A stretch of DNA of 64,000 bases from contig JBLDXI010000031.1 in the NCBI GenBank assembly GCA_047495785.1, positions 434,001-498,000 of the forward strand, given 5' to 3'. This stretch comes from Lepidodermella squamata (Eukaryota > Animalia > Gastrotricha). The notes beneath the pieces are model-generated. The model ran no database searches, was not told the DNA's origin, and worked only from the letters and a program-made list of their open reading frames with translations. Positions 13,194-25,496 of the stretch are shown here, piece after piece (the first letter of the stretch is position 1; every line of letters begins with the position of its first letter). The translations under genes were made by a program, and so were the position numbers.

Positions 13194-13533
13194 TTTTAAT
13201 TGAAAATTCTAACTTGTGAGCTTTCAACGCCGCAAGAATGAAGAGTTTATCTGCGGACAGTTGCGGAAGTAAATGCGTTATCTTATGCCTTCATACATGT
13301 CTCATAGCTGTTCAATTCGTAGTTTTTCAGAGAGTTCACACTCGAGCGAAAGAATTGAATGACGACACGCACATTAGCATGAAGCTTGCACCACAGCGAC
13401 GGCGTTTATAACATTAACAGTTGAATACAAGTTTAGACTATGATTCGACCGAAATAAAATGAGTCAGTTTCGACAATTTCGCTACTTTCCCGCGGAAGAG
13501 CAACCTACCGCTTCTGGTTGGCAGGGCAACGAC
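13194..13533. promoter_or_regulatory. Putative bidirectional promoter of the A1/B1 pair, homologous to the other pair spacers
   Basis: Alignable with 21450-21849 (TTGCGGAA-TA-ATGCG, GCACATTAGC, CCGAAATAAAATGAG). Contains TGAGTCA, an AP-1-like site, near 13460. Confidence 0.6.
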
Positions 13534-14344
13534 ATGGCGCTAGCTGATAATCAAAGGACGAATCAGCGGCCGAAGAATTATAATACCCAGCACTATATTA
13601 GGCATTATTTCAGTATTTTGTTTACGACATGTTTTCTTCACGCCTCGTTCGCTTGCCCCGCGTCTACAACTGCATCAACGAACTGTGCGACTGGTGTTTG
13701 CCAATCGGGCCAATCGTGCCGAACAATCAACCAGTGCGATATTAGCGGTCAGAGTTGCTCGGATGTGAGTTCTTCCTTATTCGAGCTTTAATACCAGTAG
13801 CGTTACATGCCATTAGAGTTACATGTCATGCCGTGTGGCTACTGTCGGCGGGACTGGCGTTGGTTTGAAGGAAACTAACGGCATCAGGTATTGCACGTAC
13901 ACCAAATCATGCGCTCTCGGTGGCAGTACTATTGCTCAGACCTACAACAGCTTCGAGGCGTGCTGCACGGGAATAACTGCTCAGATCTGGGATGTTTTCA
14001 CTGTCAATGGGCAGAAAATAGAGGCCTGTCTTAGTCCCACATCAGCCGATACCAGACCCCACAAAGTCTGCGCTGGTGCTTACTGCTTGCGTTTCCCGTC
14101 GTCTTGCGAGACGAATTTTGTTGCACTCAGTACATACCCAGTAAGATTTTATTTGAAATTTTCTTATTGATTTTGCAACATTAAATCACGACAGGTTGAT
14201 ACTTTTCCGTATGGCGTTTTTCAGTACAGCTCTTTTGCTGAGTGTTGTGCACGCTTAAACAAAGCTACCGAAACAGTGATGGTAAATTCGGCAACAACTG
14301 CAACGGTTAGCGGTTTCCCAGTCGATAAATGCTTGAAAACCTAG
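13534..14344 (+). CDS. Secreted 18-Cys protein, type B, copy B1 (start codon uncertain, 13459 or 13534)
   Basis: Exons ..13764, 13817-14140, 14195-14344, phase 0. Hydrophobic leader then CPASTT; ends VDKCLKT*. Confidence 0.85.
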
Positions 14345-14704
14345 AATCGCGAGATCGAAAGGTCAACCTTTTCATGGTATTGATCCATCTGCGGCTAATG
14401 TATCGTTGCTATGTAGTTCTGTGAAATTTCGTGAAATACAATGTACCGATGATTTTATTTATAGTTGGCTATGTGATATTTGATCACGGTTCGGGCTCCG
14501 CTTACAGTTTGAAGTTACTCAGTCCTCCTCCTCCCCCTCCTAGTCTCCTGGCTAGGGGAATCGAAACACACTTCGACGGAATTGATTAAACGCCGAATGT
14601 CTCAGTTGTTCGGCGGAAACATCTTTCGAGCAATCATTCTGAGATCCTATTAGCTGATGTTCACTGGAAATTCTAAGTCTTCAAAGTATTATCAAATAGT
14701 GATA

Positions 14705-15271
14705 CAGTGCGCCCTCCATAAATGCGCCCTCTGTAAATGGAAAACCTCCGTAAATGCAAGCGATTTTGTCTCCCGTTTATTTTATTTGTTGAAAAATTAT
14801 TTTTCATTAAAATAAAAATTTTAGTTTGATTATTTATATTAACGGTGAAAAAAACAGGCGTCGTTAGCAACGAAATTTCAACGCTGCGGGCAGATTTCTA
14901 GCTTTTTTGACTAGACGGTCGCGCGGTGTTATCTCACCCAACACCCAACCTCTCGATCTTTACAGACCGTTGTTTTTTATAAAGTGCATTGAAATTGCGA
15001 ATCAACAAAATCGTGCGCACGCGATTTTCCGAGTTTTTGCTTTTTACAAATACTACAACCCACTCAAATCAATGAAGTTTACTGAATTCGTTCCAGCTTA
15101 TCTTGAAACATGGCTAACCACTAAAATCATCGTCGCCTTGGCAACTATGAAAAAAACTTAGCGACGCACTTATGATTCATCGCTAGCTCTTTAACAGCCC
15201 TCTATAAATGCAACCCTCCATAAATGCAAACGCGTGTCTCCCGACCGTTTGCATTTATGGAGGGCGCACTG
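14705..15271. mobile_element. Tc1/mariner-pogo-type MITE
   Basis: Perfect 21-bp TIR CAGTGCGCCCTCCATAAATGC, TA target duplication, and subterminal CCTC(C/T)(A/G)TAAATG repeats. Confidence 0.93.
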
Positions 15272-15933
15272 TATTAGGTGATAACCGACCCTTACAATCA
15301 TCCAATGAAATATCGGATGATCCATAATCCATAATTCGATGATTTGTTAACTAAGATGACTTATAAATAAATAAGTCATCTGACTGATGTATGACCCACT
15401 ATTCATTGTAAGAATTCTTCCTGCGCTGAATTCAGAATTCAGTTGACAGTTGGCTGTTTCTGCGCAGTGGAGACGAAAGACTGTAGTGCTTAGGAATCAA
15501 AATTTGAAATTTGATAAATTTTAAATCAAGCGGCCATTCTGCTCCAATTTAGGTGAACACAATACACAATACTGGGACAACACTGTTGTAGCTTGTCTGA
15601 ATTAAATGCCGCTAATTTCTTTCATAGCTCCCTCGCCAAGTGGTCGACAGCCCGCTTAGTCTCGATAGCTTTTACCTCGACAATACGGAAACAATTGATG
15701 GAAACTCGAAAAGGTATTGTTTCCATCAACTTTCACTGGGTTTTAGTTGCCTATCTACGGTTCAAAGTAAATTTGCAGTGTGGCTGTACTGAAAATCTTC
15801 GAAAAACTTCGAAGAGCTCATTTCCGGCTAATTGGCCGCACAGCGATAATTCAATGACTCATTTTTAATCTAATTCAAAATTCTCAATACATCACACGTT
15901 GATGCCAGATGCCAGGCATTCGATGTGTCCGAT

Positions 15934-16190
15934 TCATCCTCTAGTGCATTTCTCCACCGTAAATGCTCCGACTGTTGCTATGGAAGGTGCATTGCTGAAC
16001 GTGAGGCCAATTGGATTCTAGGGCAAGGGACGAGCAGCACTTGGCATACGTGGAATGAGTGAATTGTCCGGTAGGAAGCGTATCTTCAAGAATAAGCTGT
16101 CAAGAAATAATTTCTATTATGAAGAAATCTAATATTTATTGGAAAATACTGGTGTGGATGATAGGGGAATGTTGTGTCTCACAGCTGGGT
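15934..16190 (-). pseudogene. Remnant of a type A gene (end of exon 2 and a frameshifted exon 3)
   Basis: Reads DTLPTGQFTHSTYAKCCSSLAL, then a +1 frameshift, then GLTFSNAPSIATVGAFTVEKCTRG*. An SCET remnant lies near 16170-16190. Confidence 0.8.
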
Positions 16191-16280
16191 AAGACCTTCG
16201 GCAATAATTTTTCATCGCCAGAAATATATCACTCAAAAGAAGCAGTTATGACTTCTACCTTCGTAATCAGATATCTTATA

Positions 16281-16467
16281 TCGCTGGATGGGCGCCAGAA
16301 CGGCTTGCTAGAATAGAAACAAATGGCGTAAAACTTAAAACTAACTTCTTGCATCTCGGCCAAGTTGGTCGCGTGCCTGGTCATTAAAACGCCAGTTTTT
16401 TGTGCGTCAAATGCATTGCGCCATATGTTTCTATTATAGGCAGGTCGTTCTGTCGCCCACCCCGCGA
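16281..16467. mobile_element. ~185-bp MITE, copy 1
   Basis: Degenerate TIR related to TCGCGGGGTGGGCGACAGAACG, flanked by TA. Same element as 22737-22920 in the opposite orientation. Confidence 0.85.
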
Positions 16468-16689
16468 TATTAAAGATGAATTTTTGCAGTTCTTGACATT
16501 AGAGCAGCCAAGAATGGAGCTAGCAAGTCCATGCGTAATAATTCACCTATACCCTATACCGATGGCTCGAATATGTTGCCGCGAATTTGAAAAGAACAAT
16601 CTTAACAATACGACATCGTCATTTGAACTCATTATGGGCATACATTGTTTCAGTCACAGGCCGCAGTTGGCATGGGTGAGATTCACCTT

Positions 16690-17486
16690 TCAGCCTCCTC
16701 TCGTGCATTTATCAACCGTGAATGCCCCGGTTGTTGTGGCAGTCGAAGCGCTAAAGATGATGCCGGTGACTCCGAGGATGAGGGAGGAGCAGCACTTAGC
16801 ATAGGTAGAATGAGTGAATTGTCCGTTAGGAAGGGTATCCGATTGCGAAAGAAAACTTTATATATTACAAAGAGCCTAATGCTTTACCGAAAAACTACCG
16901 TCGTGGATGACAAAGTACCAGCATTGGTCTGGCAGCTGGAAGGAAATCGCAAGCAATACGCAGCGCCAGCAGCACCGCATACTTTGAAGGGAGCCGCGTC
17001 GACAACGGAGCTGATGATACTACAGTACGACACCCAATTCGAAGTTGAATTAACCGATATTATATCGTTTATCAGCGCCGATGAAGCGGTCGCGCCGAGA
17101 GCTGCGCAACAAAGGTCGAACGAAGTGGCCGAAATTGGTGACGGAGAGATGATCGGAGTACCGCCCAATTTGCAAAAGCCCGTTCTAGTGCAATACCTGA
17201 GAGTTTGTGCGACAGGGGGAGATCCTATCGTTGCGACTGAGCAACCGACATATGATGTCTAGGGGAAAAGTTCTTGATCATATTTCTAAAAAGTCGTATG
17301 ACTCACGATTGGCGTTTGGCAAGTCTGTGTCGTAAAAGCACAGGTATTAGGCGCGAAACATGCCGTGTTAGCTGGGCATATACCCGTGGCGCAATTCGTA
17401 CTAGCAGCAGTAGTGGTTGTCGGAGGTGGGCAAGCGATAGCTGAGCTAACGATGCATGCCAATCCCGATAAGATTGTAACGATCAT
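16690..17486 (-). CDS. Secreted 18-Cys protein A2; last acceptor is AA instead of AG, so it may be defective
   Basis: Exons 17486-17307, 17258-16899, 16842-16690. All reading frames are open and all 18 Cys are retained. Confidence 0.72.
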
Positions 17487-18333
17487 GTGAAATAAAAAAT
17501 TGTAGATGACGCTTAAGAGGAGCAATTTGACGACGGCAACTTATTAGCTTTAAACACCAGTGAGTTGGGGTTCTCTGCTGGAAACTATGGTTTTGCACGT
17601 GTCAGTATGAATGTGTCACCGCTATTCAATTCATATTCCTATTTCCTCCACTGTCGTGGGAAACTAGTACACGTGGAATTACAGCGCCGTTTATTTTATT
17701 ATAGTTAAGTACCTAATTACTATTTTTCAAACCGGAATAAACATGACTCAGCTGTGAATCCGTCACCTTGTTATTTTTACGCATCTATGTAAAACTTTGC
17801 GCCAGGCAGAATTATTTATCGGCTTGAAGGCTGCCCAAGGCAGGCATTTTCAACTTGAAAATTTAATTCATCCTTAACCATTACTATATGTTTTTCGGTT
17901 TTTAGCAGTATAAAAAGACATTACTCCCCAAGGACAACGTCGATTTAGACTTTAGAAATGACCTTTCCTGAATTGTTTGTCAGGGGCGGAAACTTTTGAG
18001 TCAGGAAACGAACGAATTTAGAGGACCCTCTGAATTAATGTTAAAATCGCAGCTCCCTTTTCTTTGACTCCATGATTTTATAATTATGCTATTGATCATC
18101 TGAAAAACTGAAGTATGGAATTTTGAATTCTGATTAGCCCGAGGAAATGTGCCGAAATGCCTCTGATCCTATACTCACTTTCTACCTTTTGAGATTTTCT
18201 CAAGCGCAATATTATTGTGGGCCGCCTCTGATTTATTTTCTTTTGTTTAATCAATGGATTAGAGGAGTCATCTTACATAACACGGTGGTACTTCGGGAAG
18301 AATTTACTGTGCTGCCTGTCTGCCTTATCTGAG
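17487..18333. promoter_or_regulatory. Putative bidirectional promoter of A2/B2, with an unrelated internal segment at ~17790-18195
   Basis: Homologous to 23872-24160 and 26291-27157: TTTTG(C/A)ACGTGT E-box-like site, GGAATTAC(A/G)GCGCCGTTTATT, TGACTCAGCTGTGA. Confidence 0.6.
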
Positions 18334-19164
18334 ATGCCATATTATGGACAAAATCTGTTGGCTAGTCAAAAGCTATCAGTTCATCCTTTTCACCTTAATG
18401 TTAACCAACGTTCTCTCCCCTTGTTCACTATTTTGATTGTGGCATGCCTCGGTGGCTTATCATTAGCCTGCCCCGCCTCCACAACAGCTGCTACAAGCTG
18501 TGCGATAGGCGTTTGCCAATCGGGCCAATCGTGCCGAGCCGTCAATCAATGCGATACGAGTGGCCAGACTTGCTCAGATGTGAATTTGTTCCTATACTAA
18601 CTTTCATACCGTAACAAACTTACAATAGAATTTCATGTCATGCCGAGTGGCTACTGTCGGCGGAACTGGCGTCGGTTTGTCGGAAGCTAACGGCATCAGG
18701 TATTGTACGTACACCAAATCTTGCGCTTTGGGTGGCAGTACAATCGCGCAGACCTATAACAGCTTCGAGGCGTGCTGCACGGGAATAAATGCTCAGATTT
18801 GGGACGTCTTCACTGTCAGCGGACAGAAAATACAGGCCTGCCTGAGCACCACAAAAGCCGATTTCAATCCGTACAAAGTCTGCGCTGGCGCTAACCCATA
18901 CTGCCTGCGCTTTCCTTCGTCTTGCGAAACGAATTCCGTTTCACTGAGCTCGACACTGGTGAGATTTATTAACAGTCATTAGTCGTGTACTAGACTTCAA
19001 TATCACGATAGACTGACATCTCACCGACTGCCTATTTCCAGCACACCACTTTTGTTCTGTGCTGCGCACGATTGAACAAAGGCGCACCCGGAATAGCGTA
19101 CACAGACTCGGCATCATCCGCAACCTTTGGCGGTTTCACCGTCGACAAATGCATGATAGCATAA
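18334..19164 (+). CDS. Secreted 18-Cys protein B2
   Basis: Exons 18334-18579, 18629-18958, 19012-19164. Ends VDKCMIA*. Confidence 0.87.
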
Positions 19165-19769
19165 TAAAAATATCAGAAGAGGTCGACATGTTCTCGATAC
19201 TGAACTTTGATTATGATTATGTATTAAATTTTTATAATTTTTAAATGTTTAACATTTAAAATCTTGCTGTATCTTCTTCCGTACAACGCTAAAGTCTGAT
19301 GATGAAGATGGTCCTGGCCAGGTTGATGAGATTTTCGATGACTACGCGCGATGCACGCTGAAGGATGCAAAAGAAGCCGTGAGAGAAGAAGATAAATACC
19401 TATGGACCTTGCCCCACCGAAGTAAGAAAGACCCCTTACTTTTTTTGCCGGTTCAACCGCAACAAGAGCTACCATCCTTGTCCAGCTAACGGCCGGCTAA
19501 AATATAACGGCTTGAGAGCTACTAACAATGTGCTGAAGAATGAAAATACTGAACGAGTTTTACAAACGGTCAGCACTTTCTTGCCCATAACCTTCGAAAT
19601 CACGCGAGACTGGACATTCCACTTTGAAGAGTGGGCGACTTCTCTGAAAACTACCGTTAGAGAAGGCACCACTGCTTAATCTTACTACCTCAAGTTCGCT
19701 GATCATTACAATCAGTGGCTGTGGCTTCCTTGTGATTGTACAGTCGACTATTCAGTTATTATACCGCTC

Positions 19770-20060
19770 GTGCTCGAGCGATAAGCGATAACACAATCGA
19801 AACGGGTGGAAAACTCGGCCCGTCGGGCCGAGCGTTGATTCAGAATTCAGAATTTTGCCTTTGCTTTCGAAGAATTCGAGATTTCGGTGGTCGGTAAAAA
19901 CAAGTGGGCCTTCCAGTAACATAGTGGCGCCATTGCTCCAACGCGACTTTGATTGCCAGGAGTTCCTTGTCGAAAATGCCGTATTTTTGTTCAGCCTCAG
20001 TAAGGCTCCTCGAGTAAAAAGCGAAATGATGAAGATAACCATTAGCCGCCACTTGATGCA
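19770..20060 (-). mobile_element. Decayed Ty3/gypsy LTR-retrotransposon pol fragment (RNase H)
   Basis: [35 protein letters not shown], followed after frameshifts by [10 protein letters not shown]. No LTRs recognised. Confidence 0.9.
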
Positions 20061-20370
20061 GCCCTCATCTCATCTCAACTCGCCTCCGGCTTGTTTCGAT
20101 TCGTTAATCTCGGTCGGCTCCGTTCAGATATAAACTCTTTACTCATGTTATACCATACAAATATATAATTTCATTTCACAGTTTGTTTAGGTCTACATTT
20201 AATCGTCTATCGCATATCGCGAAAAAATTCTCGCCAAATCGTCAAATCGCCAAATCGCGCCAAATAGTTGATTCATGTCAAAATGGCAATGGTACCCTTT
20301 TCATTTTAATATTACTATACATATTATAAATTACGCACTGATGCCATACATATATTCGATGTGTCCCATT

Positions 20371-21449
20371 TTAATATCCTCTCGTGCATTTCTCCACCGA
20401 GAATACCCCGGTTGTCGCCGTGTTAGCCGAGGTGCTGAGCGTGAGGCCGTTTGTTCCCAGGGCTAGAGAGGAGCAGCACCTAGCGTACGTAGAATGAGTG
20501 TATTCTGCGTAAGGAAGCGTATCTGCCTGTGAAAAAATGGAAGCCATATTTTTCGAATAAAATCAATACCGAATGACACGAGCTTAGCTGGCGATATTTT
20601 TACGTTACTTAGACAGAAATGGTCCACGCTTCACTCAAATGTTGGTAAAACCTGGGTCTCCGAGCCAGGGAGAGCAGTCATCCCAGCCCGGGACGTTCTG
20701 TCGTTGGAGCAGGACAACCCTTTGCAACCCGCCTCCCCTTTTTCTCTCCCCCTCTCCCGGCATTTTCTACACTGAGAGTAAGTGAATTGGGAACTAGGAA
20801 GCGTAGAACCTGCCTGTCAAAGAAATATGAGTTTAAATGAGTTTAACTGAAATCGTACTGATGTGGCTGACAAAGGCACGCTGCTTGTCTCACAGCTGGA
20901 TGGGAATCGCAAGCAATACGCATTTCCAGCAGATCCGCATACTTTGTAAGGAAGCGTATCAGCTGTATTGCCAGTAAGGGCGACACCGCAGAAGGACACC
21001 CATGTTGAGTTGACCGATATGACATCGTATATCAGGGTGGAAGCAGTTCCGCCTAGAGCAGCGCAACAAAGGTCGTACGAAGTGGCCGAAATTGGAGACG
21101 GATAAGTGATCTGAGAACCACTCAAGTTACAAATGCCCATTCTAGTACAGTACTTGAGGACTTTTGTGACAAGACCATTTCCCACTGTCAGCACAGAGCA
21201 ACCGACATACGATGTCTAGGGCAACGAGCCTAATCACATTTTTCAAGCGTGAGATCTAAGACTCACGGTCGGCATCTGACAAGTCTGTGTAGCCAACGCG
21301 CAAGTGTTGTCTGCGTAACAGACCGTTTTGGCCGGGCAAACACCCGTCGCACAATTTGTGGCAGCAGCAGTTGCAACAGTTGTCGACGCTGGGCAAGCCG
21401 CAGTAGACATGGTGAAGATCACAAAGAACACTAGCATTGTCACGAACAT
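20371..21449 (-). CDS. Secreted 18-Cys protein A3 with two candidate last exons
   Basis: Exons 21449-21267 and 21215-20859, then either 20526-20371 (family-typical, ends EKCTRGY*) or 20813-20631 (chimeric). Confidence 0.82.
20636..20774. mobile_element. Short MITE-like insert truncating the proximal exon-3 copy of A3
   Basis: Family homology breaks abruptly at CAGTGTAGAAAATGCCGGG (minus strand). The other end, CAAATGTTGGTAAAACCTGGG, is an imperfect inverted match. Confidence 0.5.
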
Positions 21450-21849
21450 TATGACTCTTGAAAGTTTCAAAATTCTAGCTGTTTTAAGTTAATGCCGTTA
21501 GAGAGAAGTTAATGCCGCACGATTGACGAATATTCTCGCCAGTTGCGGAAATACATGCGAAATCTTGTGCATGTGTATATGTGCCATAGCTATTCCATTA
21601 ACTTTATTCCATTGAGTGTACAGTCGAGAGAAAGAATGAAACCAGGACATGCACATTAGCCTGCAGGACAACGACGCCGTTAATTCTTGTCATAATTGAA
21701 TACAAATTGACTTCTAACATGATTCAACCGAAATAAAATGAGCCAGTTTCCAACATTGTTATTTGCTTAACGTATTGCACTTTAGTGAAGAGGATATTAA
21801 ACTGGCTAATTATCGGTTGACGAGTCAATGGCCAGTGAAAAATCATTTT

Positions 21850-22609
21850 ATGCATAAATATGCTCGACGATATTACTTTATTTTGTTTACGACATGCTTA
21901 AGTCGCGCGTCGTTTGCTTGCCCCGCGTCGACGACTGCTCTTACGAACTGCACGAGTGTTTGCAAAGCTGGTCAATCATGCAGAACCATCAACCAGTGCG
22001 ACGTAAGTGGCCAGACTTGCACAGATGTGAGTTCTATTATTCAAGCTTCCAAACATTAAATTACTTTCCAATTACGTCAGAGTTTCATGTCGTGCCGCGT
22101 GGCTACAGTTGGCGGGACTGGCGTCGGTTTGACAGAAGCGAACGGCATCAGGTATTGCACGTACACCAAATCCTGCGCTTTGGGTGGCAGTACAATTGCG
22201 CAGACCTACAACAGCTTTGAGGCGTGCTGTACGGGAATAACTGCTCAAATCTGGGATGTTTTTACTGTCAACGGGCAGAAAATTGAAGCCTGTCTTAGTC
22301 CCACATCAGCCGATACAAGACCCTACAAAGTCTGCGTTGGTGCTTACTGCCTGCGATTTCCTTCGTCTTGCGAAACGAAAGTCCTTACAATCAGCACTTT
22401 ACCGGTGAGACTTTATTTGCAATCTTCATAATTGTTTTTACACCATGAAATCGCGACAGGCTGATACGTTACCGTCTGGCGTTTTCCAGTACAGCTCTTT
22501 TACTGAGTGCTGTGCGCGCTTAAACAAAGCCAGCGAAATAGTGATGACAACTGCAGCAACAAGTGCAACGGTTAGCGGTTTCCCAGTCGATAAATGCCTG
22601 AAAGCCTAG
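21850..22609 (+). CDS. Secreted 18-Cys protein B3
   Basis: Exons 21850-22026, 22081-22404, 22460-22609. Leader MHKYARRYYFILFTTCLSRASFA; ends VDKCLKA*. Confidence 0.87.
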
Positions 22610-22736
22610 AACAGCGGAATCGATGGGACGCAATTCTCGGTATTGATCCATCTGTGGCTGCTGTATTGTTGCTTCTGTAGCTCTGTGTTACACATTTTCT
22701 CAATCCGTCTCATGAATTTGACCGATGATACATATA

Positions 22737-22920
22737 TCGCGGGGTGGGCAACAGAACGATGTGCCTAGAATAGAAACAGATGACGTAATGTATTTGATGC
22801 GCAGAAAAAAACTGGCGTTCTAGTGATCAGGCACGTGACTGACTTGGCCGAGATGCAAAAAGTTAGTTTTACGCCATTTGTTTCTATTCAAGACAACTCG
22901 TTCTGTCGCCCACCCCGCTA
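22737..22920. mobile_element. ~185-bp MITE, copy 2 (inverted relative to 16281-16467)
   Basis: TIR CGCGGGGTGGGC(A/G)ACAGAACGA in a TA-repeat context. The interior is the reverse complement of copy 1. Confidence 0.88.
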
Positions 22921-23569
22921 TATATATACTTGGCTATTGAAAAATGGAAATAATTCAAGATAAATCAAGAAGAAAAAATTGTTTTGCAAAGTTTTCCTAA
23001 GACAGTAAATCCCACATTAATCTCGACCAACTACTGCGGCAAAAAACATTTATTGCAAACATTTTAATGGATATTGGATCGCTGGATCATAATGTTTAAA
23101 GCCGGATTCGTTGTAACCAGTTTACAATCAGCGTGCACTAAGAAACAAGGCATTTTTGGACCATTTACAATTTCGACTTAACATCGAAAAAACCTTCAGC
23201 TAAAGCTCACTTCGCTAGCGAGCTGCCATTTTATGAATTTGTTTTATGAAAGCCTCTGATCCAGAGACAATAAAGGATATAATTAATAATTGAAACTGAC
23301 CTATTCCCCATTGTTATTTAAGCTCGTTACAGAATTTACCTGACAACTAACTGCATGTATGGGAGAGTCCCGACCATTGTCACATTTTAATGAAGTTATA
23401 CGTCGTGTTTCAGTGTCAAATTCGAAATATTTCATGGCTTCGCTCGCATTCCTAAACAGTTATACATTATTAATGATGTTCTACATCTCTCTTTTTTCAC
23501 TCTGTTACAACTGACATGGGTAAATGACTTTAAAAAGCAGAGCGCTTGTCAGATTTTCATGGCTGTTTA

Positions 23570-23871
23570 ACAAAAGCGGCGTCGAAAAAATAGCGCTATT
23601 CGTCTCGCAGCTGGAAGGAAATCGCAAGCTATACGCAGCGCCAGCAGCCCCGCATACTTTGAAAGGTCTTGTTTCGACAACGGAGTTGATGATATCACAG
23701 TAGGACACCCAATTCGAAGTTGAATTAACGGATATTATATCGTTTATCATCGTCGATGAAGTGGTCGCACTGAGAGCCGCGCAACAGAGATCGAACGAAT
23801 TAGCCGAAATTGGCGACGGAGAGGTTATCGGAGCTCCGCCCAAGCTAATATTGTAACGATATTGTAATCAT
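23570..23871 (-). pseudogene. Deleted A2-like gene (A4); its B partner is lost
   Basis: The ATG at 23871 is followed by an early stop and fused into mid exon 2 (LGGAPITSPSPISANSFDLCC...YSLRFPSSCET). No exon 3. The promoter is retained at 23872-24160. Confidence 0.85.
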
Positions 23872-24331
23872 GCGAAGTGAAAAATGACAATTGTTGATGA
23901 AATTTAGGTAAGCGATATGACGGCAACTTAGAAGCTTTTAGCACCACACGAGCGAGTGCTCTGTCTTGCAGGCGACACTTTTGCACGTGTGATAAGGAAT
24001 GTGCCGTCGCTGTAAAATTAATATTCCTATTTTCGCCACTGTCGTGTGAAACTAGTCCACGCGGAATTACGGCGCCGTTTATTCTAATAACTGAGTAACT
24101 TCTTATTTATCTAAATTCATGAAGTCAGCTGTGACTCCGTCAACTTGTTTTTTCTACATCTCATTGTGTTACCACTTAAAATTTCAATCCGATGCGCACA
24201 CTGATTGGTCAATCGATCGTTCCTCGGTGCTATGACTCCCGGATGAAACATTATGAGATTTCATCCATGAGATTTTTTTGCAACAAGTGTTTGTTTTTTG
24301 CCGCAGTAATTTACCACGATTAATATGGAGT

Positions 24332-24640
24332 TTACGCTCGTGGAAACCCTGTTGTCGCAAGGTCATTTTTTACATGAATAGAAAATAATGTAATAATGGC
24401 GGCCCCAGTGCTGAACTGGACGCCATTGGATCCTGCGACAAGATTGGAGCAGCAACCAGGATAGCTAGCCGAGACGTAGCGACTGGGGCAGGTAGTAAGT
24501 CTACCTGGGAAAGAATTACATTCTTTGCATTCCTTCATTGCTGGACAACCACCCGTTGCGCAATTCGTGGCAATGATCGCAACAGTTTTCGACGCTGGTC
24601 AAGCGATAGCATAGATGGCGAAGATCGCCAACAATAAGAA
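24332..24640 (-). pseudogene. Deleted A1/A6-like gene (exon 1 fragment joined close to exon 3)
   Basis: LLAIFAIYAIA*PASKTVAIIATNCATGGCPA has the first Cys codon changed to TGA. Exon 2 is absent; exon 3 reads SASYPGCCSNLVAGSNGVQFS. Confidence 0.82.
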
Positions 24641-25496
24641 CAACTCACAAGATGACGCTGACTGCAAGTGGCGTAGATTACATAAAAAAGCAAATTCCGC
24701 GTCAGATTTCCGCGGCTGCTTTGAAGAGTTTATCGGCTGTTTAACGGCCTAAAAGCCCTGAAATTGAAATTTTCTAACAGTTATTTCTTCCTTTTCTTTT
24801 CAACTATTTTTCATATCGCTCACCAGAGATTTATCCAGCCATCCCCTACCCATCCCCTGGACATCCCCTCAAATCGAGCGGTCATCCCCTAAATTTTAGA
24901 GACAGTAATAGTATTGTGCGATTCATGACTGATCCCGTAGGGGCGGCAGCCTTAATAGAACTTACCGCAGTCTATGAATTTAGGTATTTTCTTTTGTCGA
25001 CCTTCTCGAAACAGTTAAAACAGCACTGTTATGTTAATTTGCATATTCGAATTTAGCGTGTGACTACGATAATGAGCGCGCGCACTAATGCTGGTTGCGT
25101 AACTGGTATTGCGTGCCGCATTTTGAGCGACAAATTTGAGCGCGCACACCGCACACTCGAATAAAAAGCCGCGCAACACGAAGAAAAGTGAAATAGCGCG
25201 CAATTTCTCTCATAAAATAATGTAATATAATAGAAATATAGGGGCATAAAGTGATTATCCGCGAGCGAGCGCCATAACATCCAAAACCCCTTAATTTTGT
25301 AACCCATCCCCTCAGACAAAAAGCTGGATAAACCCCTGTCGCTCACTACTCGCGATGCTCGCATGGAAGCTGAATCGTTGGGATGACATTCCATCTCAAA
25401 AAAGACAATTTTCCAATTGAAAAATTATTATAGCTTGTAATTGCCACAGATGTCATAGCTGATGCCACTCATTAGAATCCATTAGATGTCTACCGT

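Noticed and set aside
16645-17262. 205-aa plus-strand ORF, and similar ORFs at 12775, 26061, 35708 and 39322
   Set aside because: These are antisense shadows of the Ala/Thr/Cys-rich A and C genes, with no independent features.
24660-25420. Possible transposon remnants here and at 7580-7910 and 37690-38350
   Set aside because: They have repeat-like texture, but I could not define TIRs or target duplications.
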